Below are positions 54,887 to 62,595 of a stretch of DNA of 64,000 bases, piece after piece. Position 1 is the first letter of the stretch. Every line of letters begins with the position of its first letter. Under the pieces are notes generated by a model. The model ran no database searches. It had not been told where the DNA came from and saw only the letters and a program-made list of their open reading frames with translations. The DNA is from Acidimicrobiales bacterium (lineage in GTDB: Bacteria > Actinomycetota > Acidimicrobiia > Acidimicrobiales > JACDCH01), in contig DASXPN010000106.1 in NCBI GenBank assembly GCA_036493595.1, positions 11,662 to 75,661 of the forward strand, read 5' to 3'. Made by a program: the position numbers and the translations under genes.

Positions 54887-56887
54887 TTGATCGACATCCT
54901 CAACCAACTCCTCGACGGCGTACCGACGGGGTGTGTGTACGGCCTCGTCGCGGTTGGCTTGGTGCTGACCTACAAGACGTCGGGCGTGTTCAACTTCGCG
55001 TTCGGCGCACAGGCGTTCACGTCGGCCGTCGTCTTCTACATCTGCGTGCGCGATCACAACTGGCCGCTCGTGCCCGCCGCGTTCTTCGCCATCGTCGTCG
55101 TGTCGCTCGCGCTCGGGTTGGTGCTCGACCAGTTCATCTTCAAGCTGCTGCGAACGTCACCGCAGCTACCGAAGCTGGTCACCACCATCGGGCTCATGGT
55201 CGGGATCCCCGAGACGGTGAAGGCGATCTTCGGAGGTAGCACTCGCAACGCGCCGCCGAGTCTCGCCGTCGGACACGGCTGGCACATCGCCAGCTTGTCG
55301 ATCAACGCCGACGGCGTGGTGACGCTCGTCGCGACCTTCTTCGTCGTGATCGCGCTGACGGTGCTCTTCCGCTGGACGCCGATCGGCCTGCGTATGCGAG
55401 CGGTGGTGGAGAGTCACCGGTTGGTCGAGCTCAACGGCATCAACGCCGAGCACGTGTCGACGTTCTCGTGGTTGCTGTCGAGCCTGCTGGCGGGCATGGC
55501 CGGCGTGCTGCTGGCGCCGTTGTTCACGGTGGTGGACTCGAACAACTTCACGTTGCTGATCGTGGCGGCGTCCGCGGCGGCGGTGTTCGCCGGACTGTCG
55601 AGCATCCCGCTCGCGCTGGTCGGCGGCATCGTGCTCGGCGCGCTGCAACAGTTGCTCGCCTATCACCTGCCGTTGAACAGCGTGCTGGCGAAGAACATCC
55701 GTCCGTCGATGCCGTTCATCCTGCTGGCGGTGTTGTTGCTCGTCCGCCCTGGCCTGCGGCGCCAGGACGTCACCGATCCGTTGTCGGGTGTCGATCCACC
55801 GCCGCCCGCGCTGGCGGTGACGTACATGGATCCGCGGCTGGCGAAGATCAACCGCCTCCTCTTCCTCGCGTTCGTGACGGCAGTCGCCATCGGGGTGTTG
55901 TTCCTGCTCCCGGGGCTGTGGGTCAGCTACCTCGCCGAAGGTTTGGCGCTGACCACGATCTTCTTGTCCATCACCGTCCTCGTCGGCATCGGCGGCCAGA
56001 TCTCGTTGTGCCAGGCGAGCTTCGCCGGCCTCGGCGCGTTCACCGCGGGACAACTGGCGACGCGATGGGACTTCCCGCTCTACGGCGGCATCATCGTCGG
56101 CGCCATCGTCGCGGCCGCGCTCGGCGTGCTCATCGCGCTGCCGTGCTTGCGACTCGGCGGCCTGTACCTCGCGCTCGGCACGCTCGCCTTCGCACTGATG
56201 CTGCAGAACACCTTGTTCGTCGAGCCGTGGTTGACAGGGTCCGAAGGGGGCGTCGATGTGCCCCGGCCGTTGATTGGCCCGATCGACTTCGCTGACGATC
56301 GAGCGTTCTTCTTCTTCGCGCTCGCCATCTTCGGCCTCTGCGGGTTCGCGGTCGTGCTGTTGCGGCGCGGCACGACTGGGCAATACCTCGCGGCCTTGCG
56401 GGGGAGCGAGGTGGCGGCGACGTCGGTCGGCATCAATCCAATTCGCGCCAAGGTGACGGTGTTCGCCGTCTCGGCCGCGATCGCGGGCGCGGGTGGCGCG
56501 CTGTACGCGTCCTACCTCGAGACGGCGCGCGTCGATGACTTCAACGCGATCCAAGGGCTGTTCTGGGTGCTGCTGGTTGTCACGCTCGGTTCGCGCACCG
56601 TCGACGGCGCGCTCAATGCCGGCATGGCCTTCGTGCTGCTGCCGCCGTTGCTCGGTGACATCCTGCACGTGCCGTCGGATCTCGTCGTACCGATCCAGTT
56701 TGCGCTGTTCGGCTTCGGCGCCGTGACCTTCGCCCGTCACCAAGAGGGCATCGTCGAGTACCAGAAGCGAGCGAGCATCGAGCGGTTCAACGCACGACTC
56801 ACGAGGTGGTTCGGGCCGGCGAAGACCCGAGGAGCCGCGCCCGCGCCGCCTGGCGCGCCTCCTGCGCCCGCGGCGGCCGGACCGTAG
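54887..56887 (+). CDS. Fused LivH+LivM-type ABC permease
   Basis: GL.A.GLVLTYKTSGVFNFAFG in the first half; GQISLCQASF.GLG and LRLGGLYLALGTLAF in the second half. Confidence 0.92.
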   Translation: MIDILNQLLDGVPTGCVYGLVAVGLVLTYKTSGVFNFAFGAQAFTSAVVFYICVRDHNWPLVPAAFFAIVVVSLALGLVLDQFIFKLLRTSPQLPKLVTTIGLMVGIPETVKAIFGGSTRNAPPSLAVGHGWHIASLSINADGVVTLVATFFVVIALTVLFRWTPIGLRMRAVVESHRLVELNGINAEHVSTFSWLLSSLLAGMAGVLLAPLFTVVDSNNFTLLIVAASAAAVFAGLSSIPLALVGGIVLGALQQLLAYHLPLNSVLAKNIRPSMPFILLAVLLLVRPGLRRQDVTDPLSGVDPPPPALAVTYMDPRLAKINRLLFLAFVTAVAIGVLFLLPGLWVSYLAEGLALTTIFLSITVLVGIGGQISLCQASFAGLGAFTAGQLATRWDFPLYGGIIVGAIVAAALGVLIALPCLRLGGLYLALGTLAFALMLQNTLFVEPWLTGSEGGVDVPRPLIGPIDFADDRAFFFFALAIFGLCGFAVVLLRRGTTGQYLAALRGSEVAATSVGINPIRAKVTVFAVSAAIAGAGGALYASYLETARVDDFNAIQGLFWVLLVVTLGSRTVDGALNAGMAFVLLPPLLGDILHVPSDLVVPIQFALFGFGAVTFARHQEGIVEYQKRASIERFNARLTRWFGPAKTRGAAPAPPGAPPAPAAAGP

Positions 56888-56900
56888 TGGTGAGCGAGCC

Positions 56901-57662
56901 ATGACCATGCTCGAGGTCCGCACCGTGGCGGTGCGCTTCGGTGGCATCAACGCGCTCAGCGACGTGTCGCTCGACGTCGCCGCCGGCGAATCCGTCGGAC
57001 TCGTCGGGCCCAATGGCGCGGGCAAGACGACGCTGTTCAACTGCTTGCTCGGATCGATCAAACCGAGCCGCGGCAAGATCACGTTCGAAGGACGCGACCT
57101 CGCGGGAGTGCCGACATTCCGGCGGGCTCGTCTCGGCCTCGGCCGCACCTTCCAACGGGTCGAGCTCTTCGCCGGCATGTCGGCGCGTGAGCACCTGCTC
57201 GTGGCGGAACGATCGCGCCGCGGCGACGGGAGCTTGTTGAAGGACATGCTCAACAGGGGCAAGCCGCGTCCGGACGAGATCGCGGTGGCCGACGAAACGC
57301 TCGCGCTGCTCGGCATCGGCGAGTACGCCGAACAACCGGTGGAGTCGTTGACCCTCGGGCAGTCTCGTCTCGTCGAGCTCGGACGGGCGCTGGTGTACAT
57401 GCCGAAGTTGTTGTTGCTCGACGAGCCCTCATCGGGGCTCGACGTCGTTGAAACGCTCGCCCTCGCGAAGGTGCTCGCCAGTGTGCGGTCCGAGCGCGGA
57501 ACGGCGATCTTGTTGGTGGAGCACGACCTGGACCTCGTACGGCGCGCGGTCGACCGGCTGCACGTGCTCGACTTCGGGCGCACCATCGCCGCGGGAACGT
57601 GTGACGCGGTGCTGCGCGAACAGGCCGTGATCACGGCGTACCTCGGGGTGGCGGCGTCGTGA
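56901..57662 (+). CDS. ABC transporter ATP-binding protein (LivG-like)
   Basis: GPNGAGKT, LGRTFQ, LLLDEPSSG, VEHD. Confidence 0.94.
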   Translation: MTMLEVRTVAVRFGGINALSDVSLDVAAGESVGLVGPNGAGKTTLFNCLLGSIKPSRGKITFEGRDLAGVPTFRRARLGLGRTFQRVELFAGMSAREHLLVAERSRRGDGSLLKDMLNRGKPRPDEIAVADETLALLGIGEYAEQPVESLTLGQSRLVELGRALVYMPKLLLLDEPSSGLDVVETLALAKVLASVRSERGTAILLVEHDLDLVRRAVDRLHVLDFGRTIAAGTCDAVLREQAVITAYLGVAAS

Positions 57663-58393
57663 GCGACGGCAGCGCGGACATCACCGCAGACATCGCGCTC
57701 GAGCTCGACGACGTGCACGCGTCCTATGGAACATTCCGCGCCCTGTTCGGTGTGTCGATCAGGGTGCCGGCTGGTGGCGTCTGCGCGTTGCTGGGTCCCA
57801 ACGGCGCGGGCAAGACGACAGTGGCGCGGGTCGCGTCCGGACTGCTGGCGCCGACGTCGGGCCGTGTGCGGATTGCTGGCGCCGACGTCACCGGTCAGCC
57901 CGCGTGGAAGCTGGCTCGCCTCGGAGTCGCGCACGCGGTCGAGGGTCGCTCGGTGTTCACGTCGCTGTCGGTCGAGGACAACCTGCGTCTCGCGTTCCGG
58001 CGTTCACTCGGCGCGGCCGGTATGGCCGCTGGTCTCGAGCGGGCGTACGCGTCGTTTCCCAAACTCGGCCAGCGGCGTCAACAGGAGGCCGGCACGCTCT
58101 CCGGCGGCGAGCAGCGCATGCTGGCGCTGGCCCGCGTCCTGGCGGACCCGCCGGCCGTCCTCATCGCCGACGAGTTGTCGCTCGGCTTGGCCCCCGTTGT
58201 CGTGGACGAGGTCTACGCGACGCTCGCGTCCATCCGCGACGCGGGTACGTCGTTGTTGATCGTCGAGCAGCAGGTCCCGCGCGCGATTGCACTGAGCGAT
58301 GTCGTCGTGGTGCTGGGAAAGGGATCCGTGCGCTACGCCGGCCCGGCGGACCAGATCGGCGACCTCGTCGAGGAACTGCTACCGACCACCTGA
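57659..58393 (+). CDS. ABC transporter ATP-binding protein (LivF-like)
   Basis: GPNGAGKT, LSGGEQRML, DELSLGLAP, VEQ. Confidence 0.94.
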   Translation: MSDGSADITADIALELDDVHASYGTFRALFGVSIRVPAGGVCALLGPNGAGKTTVARVASGLLAPTSGRVRIAGADVTGQPAWKLARLGVAHAVEGRSVFTSLSVEDNLRLAFRRSLGAAGMAAGLERAYASFPKLGQRRQQEAGTLSGGEQRMLALARVLADPPAVLIADELSLGLAPVVVDEVYATLASIRDAGTSLLIVEQQVPRAIALSDVVVVLGKGSVRYAGPADQIGDLVEELLPTT

Positions 58394-58410
58394 GGCATTC
58401 GGAGCGCGCG

Positions 58411-58914
58411 TCACTGGCAGGCGGGGTCGACCGTCGTGCTGCCGAGGGCGGCAAGGTCACAGAAGGTCGTGCCGGTGACCTTCCACTGCCCGTTGACGAG
58501 AATGGCCTTGCCCATCTGGTTCATGAGCGTCGGATTGCCGTTCAGGTTGAGCGTGTAGGTGACGTCGGCAGTGCCGTCGGAATTGATCACCACGTTGGAG
58601 ACGGTCGCCGAGGTGCTCTTCAGTTCGGGCCCGGTGGTGGGATCGGTGGCGAACTTCGTGTACACGTTCATGTACTTGGCCGGATCGTCGAGCAGTTGCA
58701 GCTTCGCGTTGAGGTCCGTGTTCGACCCGTCGAAGAAGTCGGTGAAGACCTTCGTCACCGCATCCTTGTTCTGCTGCTCGGTCAGCGTCGTCGTCGGTGC
58801 GGTCGTCGTCGTTGTCGTCGCCGCGGACTTGTTGCTCGATCCGCCGCACGCGGCAGTGACGACGAACAGCCCGCACAACCCGACGGCCAGAAGCCGCCGC
58901 CGTAGCTCGCTCAT
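58411..58914 (-). CDS. Lipoprotein, NTF2-like (possibly MTB12-like C-terminal domain)
   Basis: Lipobox TAAC, Thr-rich linker, ADVTYTL...G.AIL.NGQWKV...FC, C-terminal Cys pair. Confidence 0.7.
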   Translation of the reverse strand: MSELRRRLLAVGLCGLFVVTAACGGSSNKSAATTTTTTAPTTTLTEQQNKDAVTKVFTDFFDGSNTDLNAKLQLLDDPAKYMNVYTKFATDPTTGPELKSTSATVSNVVINSDGTADVTYTLNLNGNPTLMNQMGKAILVNGQWKVTGTTFCDLAALGSTTVDPACQ

Positions 58915-58932
58915 TGAACCCCCCTTTGGCTG

Positions 58933-59613
58933 CTAACGGCGTGCCCGGCGCGAACCTGACACGGACGTCATCTTACGACGGACGGCCGTGCCGAACAGCG
59001 AAGCGAAGGCGATCTCCGCGAGCGTGTCGGTCAGGTCGTCGCCGTGGCGCACTTGCCGCGTCATCGCGTAGTAGTTGCAGCGCTCGACCATGGCGACGAT
59101 CGCGAGTGCGGCCAGTTGCGGATCCGGGACCACGGCAGGGCTCTGCGCGATACGGAGGCCGAGCGCGGCGACGAAACCACCGAGCAGGTCCGTTCCCATG
59201 CGGCCGAACTCGCTCGTGTCGATCTCCGCTTCGGTCCACGCCTTGATGACCGGTCCGTAGCGCGCGTGCAATTGCGAGAACTGCTCGATCCAGTCGCGCA
59301 ACATGTCATAGCCGTCGGCGTCGGCGGTGAGCGCGCCGAGCGATTCGACAAGCGCCGACATCTCGTCGGCCACGTCGACCACGAGCGCGCGGAAGAGATC
59401 TTCCTTGTTGGCGAAGTACAGGTAGAAGGTGCCGTGCGACGTCTTGGCCACCTTCACGATGTCGTCGACGCGCGCCGTGTGGTAGCCGCGCGCGCCGAAC
59501 ACCTGGATGCCGGCATCGAGCAGCCTTCGGACGGTGCGCTGCCCGCGCGCTCGTAGCTCGCGTCCCTCCGCTGGACTGCCGGCGCGGCTGTTGGTGGACG
59601 CGGCCTTGGGCAT
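58933..59613 (-). CDS. TetR/AcrR family transcriptional regulator (TetR-2)
   Basis: TVRRLLDAGIQVFGARGYHTARVDDIVKVAKTSHGTFYLYFANKEDLF. Confidence 0.93.
   Translation of the reverse strand: MPKAASTNSRAGSPAEGRELRARGQRTVRRLLDAGIQVFGARGYHTARVDDIVKVAKTSHGTFYLYFANKEDLFRALVVDVADEMSALVESLGALTADADGYDMLRDWIEQFSQLHARYGPVIKAWTEAEIDTSEFGRMGTDLLGGFVAALGLRIAQSPAVVPDPQLAALAIVAMVERCNYYAMTRQVRHGDDLTDTLAEIAFASLFGTAVRRKMTSVSGSRRARR
58955..58972. promoter_or_regulatory. TGAC-N6-GTCA operator CCTGACACGGACGTCATC
   Basis: Within the 3' tail of TetR-2, 41 bp upstream of the lipoprotein start. Confidence 0.6.
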
Positions 59614-59644
59614 CGACGATCGAGGCTAGCGGTGCCGCGCGTTC

Positions 59645-59662
59645 ACTGACATGAGTGTCAGG
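59645..59662. promoter_or_regulatory. TGAC-N6-GTCA operator ACTGACATGAGTGTCAGG
   Basis: Between divergent TetR-2 and the FadD-like ligase. Confidence 0.78.
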
Positions 59663-59686
59663 GAGAGCCGTTACGCTGCGACTTCC

Positions 59687-61393
59687 GTGAACGCCCGCAC
59701 CGCTCCTGCGCCCGGGCAGGCGCCACTGCCTGCACCCAATGCGGCCGCGTTGTTGCGACGCAACGGCACCGACGACACGGTCGCCGAGAGGATCGCCATC
59801 CGGTTCGAGGATCGCTCGTGGACCCACGCCGAGTTCCTTGCGGAGTCGACTCGCTGGGCGAACCTGTTCCGCTCGCACGAGCCGAGCACTCCCGACGGTG
59901 TCCTCCACGTCGGTGTGTTGCTCGACAACAAGCCCGAATATCTCTTCGCCCTCGGGGGGGCCGCACTGTCGGGGTCGGTTGTCGTCGGTCTCAACCACAC
60001 TCGCCGCGACGAGAACCTGTGGCGCGACATCGAGCACACCCATGTCGGCCTGGTCATCACCGAAGCGCGCCACCGCCCGCTGCTCGCACCGTTCGAGTCC
60101 CGGCTTCGATGCGTGCTGGCGGACGAGGACCTCGACGCCGCCATCGCGTCGGCGTCGACGCACGATCCCGGACTCGAACCTGACGTGGGATCGCGTTGGG
60201 CGTTGATCTTCACGTCCGGTACGTCGTCCGCACCGAAGGCGGTGATCTGCACACAGCGGCGTCTGCTCCAGACGGGCGTGCGCATGGCCGCGATCATGGA
60301 CCTCGGTCCAGACGACGTCGGCTACGTCTGCATGCCACTGTTCCACTCGAACGCGCTCATGGTCGGTTGGGCGCCGTCCATTGCGATCGGCGCCTCGGTC
60401 GGGCTCGGACGCAGGTTCAGCGCGTCGGGATGGTTGCCCGACGTCCGCCGCTACCGCGCCACGTACTTCAACTACACGGGCAAGCCGCTGTCGTATCTCG
60501 TGGCCACCCCCGAACAGCCCGACGACGCCGACAACCCGCTGCGCGTCGCGTTCGGCAACGAAGGATCGCCCGATGTCGTCGAGCGGTTCAGCCGGCGCTT
60601 CGGGGTCGAGGTCATCGATGCGTTCGGCGCGACCGAGGGCGGCGTCGCCGTCAACCGCGAGGAGGGCATGCGCCACGGTTCCGTCGGCAAGGTCACCGAG
60701 ACCGTGAAGGTGGTCGACGCGGACGGCAACGAGTTGCCACGGGCGCGCTTCGGCGAAGACAGTGCCTTGCTCAACGCGGACGAGTGCGTCGGCGAGATCG
60801 TCAACACCGCGGGCGCGGGCCCGTTCGAGGGTTACTACAACAACGACGAGGCGACGTCGTCGACGTTGCGCAACGGTTGGTACTGGTCAGGCGATCTCGG
60901 TTACGTCGACGACGACGACTTCTTGTATTTCGCGGGTCGCACCGCTGACTGGATCCGCGTCGATGGCGAGAACTTCCCCGCCGGACCGATCGAGGCTGCC
61001 ATCGGGCGCCATCCGGAGGTGGTGCTGGCGGCGGCCTACGGCGTGCCCGACGAGCACGCGGGCGATCAGGTCATGGCCGCGTTGCAGTGGCGCGAAGGAT
61101 CCACGTTCGACCCGGATGCCTTCGCCGCGTTCATCGACTCGCTCGCCGACGTCGGGCCGAAGTGGCGCCCTCGCTACGTCCGCATCGTCGAGACGTTTCC
61201 CAGCACGGGCACCAACAAGATCGTGAAGCGGACGTTGGTGCGGCAGAAGTACCGGCGCGATCTCTGCGGCGACGACCGGCTGTGGGTGCGCAACCGGGGC
61301 GACGATTCGTACCGGCCGTTCGGCGACGACGACGAGCGCGCGCTGCACGACGCGCTCGAGCGGGCCGGCCGCGGCCGGTTCTGGGAGCTCTGA
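59687..61393 (+). CDS. Acyl-CoA synthetase, FadD17/FadD1-like
   Basis: HVGVLLDN, GLNHTRR, LIFTSGTS..PKAV, PLFHSNA, FGATEGG, SGDLG, RVDGENF. Confidence 0.9.
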   Translation: MNARTAPAPGQAPLPAPNAAALLRRNGTDDTVAERIAIRFEDRSWTHAEFLAESTRWANLFRSHEPSTPDGVLHVGVLLDNKPEYLFALGGAALSGSVVVGLNHTRRDENLWRDIEHTHVGLVITEARHRPLLAPFESRLRCVLADEDLDAAIASASTHDPGLEPDVGSRWALIFTSGTSSAPKAVICTQRRLLQTGVRMAAIMDLGPDDVGYVCMPLFHSNALMVGWAPSIAIGASVGLGRRFSASGWLPDVRRYRATYFNYTGKPLSYLVATPEQPDDADNPLRVAFGNEGSPDVVERFSRRFGVEVIDAFGATEGGVAVNREEGMRHGSVGKVTETVKVVDADGNELPRARFGEDSALLNADECVGEIVNTAGAGPFEGYYNNDEATSSTLRNGWYWSGDLGYVDDDDFLYFAGRTADWIRVDGENFPAGPIEAAIGRHPEVVLAAAYGVPDEHAGDQVMAALQWREGSTFDPDAFAAFIDSLADVGPKWRPRYVRIVETFPSTGTNKIVKRTLVRQKYRRDLCGDDRLWVRNRGDDSYRPFGDDDERALHDALERAGRGRFWEL

Positions 61394-61395
61394 CG

Positions 61396-62535
61396 GTGGA
61401 TCTGTCCTTCACCCCTGCCGAGGAAGCCTTCGCGGCAGAGATCCGCGAGTGGCTACGCGCCCACGTCGAACTCGCCCCGAGCTTCGACTCGATCGACGAC
61501 GAGCTCGAGTGGGGACGGCGCTGGCAGGAGACGCTCGCCGGCGATCGATGGGTCGGCATCCAGTGGCCCCGCGAATACGGCGGACGCAACGCGACGCCCG
61601 TCGAAGTCGCGCTCTACAACGTCGAGTACGCGCGCAGTCGCGCCCCGCAGCCGGTCAACCGCGTCGGCATCAACCTCGCGGGCCCGACGTTGCTCGCCCA
61701 CGGCACCGACGCGCAGAAGACGCGCTGGCTGCCGAGCATCCTCGATGCCAGCGAGCTGTGGTGCCAGTTGTTCAGCGAACCCGGCGCGGGGAGTGACCTC
61801 GCGTCGCTGTCCACCCGCGCGACGCCGACGGACGACGGCTGGCTGCTCACCGGTCAGAAGGTGTGGACCTCCTACGCCCGCCAGGCCCGGTGGGGCATCT
61901 GCCTCGCTCGCACCGCGCCGCTCGACGAGGCCCCGAAGCACCGGGGTATCTCGTATCTCGTCGTCGACATGCACACCAGCGGCATCGACGTCAGGCCGTT
62001 GCGCCAGATCACCGGTGAGGCCGAGTTCAACGAGGTGTTCCTCGACGAGGTGTTCGTGCCGCACGACCATCTCGTCGGTGGTCGCAACCAAGGATGGGCG
62101 GTGGCGAACACCACCCTTGCCCACGAGCGCGGCACTGCGTTCCCGTTCAAGGAACAGGTCGTGCACGAGTCGTACATAGACGAGCTCTTCGATCTCGCCG
62201 CGACGCATCGCCGCCTCGACGACGTCGAGGTGTCCGACGCGCTCGTACAGGCATTCGTCGAGCTACGCATCCTCCGGCTGCACAACTGGCGAACGCTGTC
62301 GCGGCTTGGTCGCGGGGAACAGCCCGGCCCGGAGTCGAGCATCGTGAAGATGGCGTGGACGGACATGACGCAGCATCTGTCCGACGCTGCCCTTCTCGTC
62401 CTCGACGAGAGCGCGCCGCTGTCCGGACCCTGGTCGCGCCAGTGGCTCTGGTCGAAGGCGGCGTCGATCGCCGGCGGCACGAGCGAGATCCAGCGCACCA
62501 TCATCGGCGAACGCCTCCTCGGCCTCCCCCGCTGA
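61396..62535 (+). CDS. Acyl-CoA dehydrogenase (alpha-type)
   Basis: CQLFSEPGAGSDLA, GQKVWTS, LAHERG, AGGTSEIQR. Confidence 0.93.
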   Translation: MDLSFTPAEEAFAAEIREWLRAHVELAPSFDSIDDELEWGRRWQETLAGDRWVGIQWPREYGGRNATPVEVALYNVEYARSRAPQPVNRVGINLAGPTLLAHGTDAQKTRWLPSILDASELWCQLFSEPGAGSDLASLSTRATPTDDGWLLTGQKVWTSYARQARWGICLARTAPLDEAPKHRGISYLVVDMHTSGIDVRPLRQITGEAEFNEVFLDEVFVPHDHLVGGRNQGWAVANTTLAHERGTAFPFKEQVVHESYIDELFDLAATHRRLDDVEVSDALVQAFVELRILRLHNWRTLSRLGRGEQPGPESSIVKMAWTDMTQHLSDAALLVLDESAPLSGPWSRQWLWSKAASIAGGTSEIQRTIIGERLLGLPR

Positions 62536-62547
62536 CCGCGTCCGCTC

Positions 62548-62595
62548 AATGTTGGTGCCATTGCGGGGCTATGGCCCCGCAATGGACCCGGAGTT
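62548..62595. repeat. 48-bp hairpin repeat, copy 5 (supplies the GMC stop codon)
   Basis: AATGTTGGTGCCATTGCGGGGCTATGGCCCCGCAATGGACCCGGAGTT. Confidence 0.92.

Noticed and set aside
8957-62595. 48-bp repeat as a tRNA/ncRNA gene or IS ends
   Set aside because: It forms a single hairpin with no cloverleaf or CCA, has no terminal inverted repeats or consistent target-site duplication, and no transposase is present.
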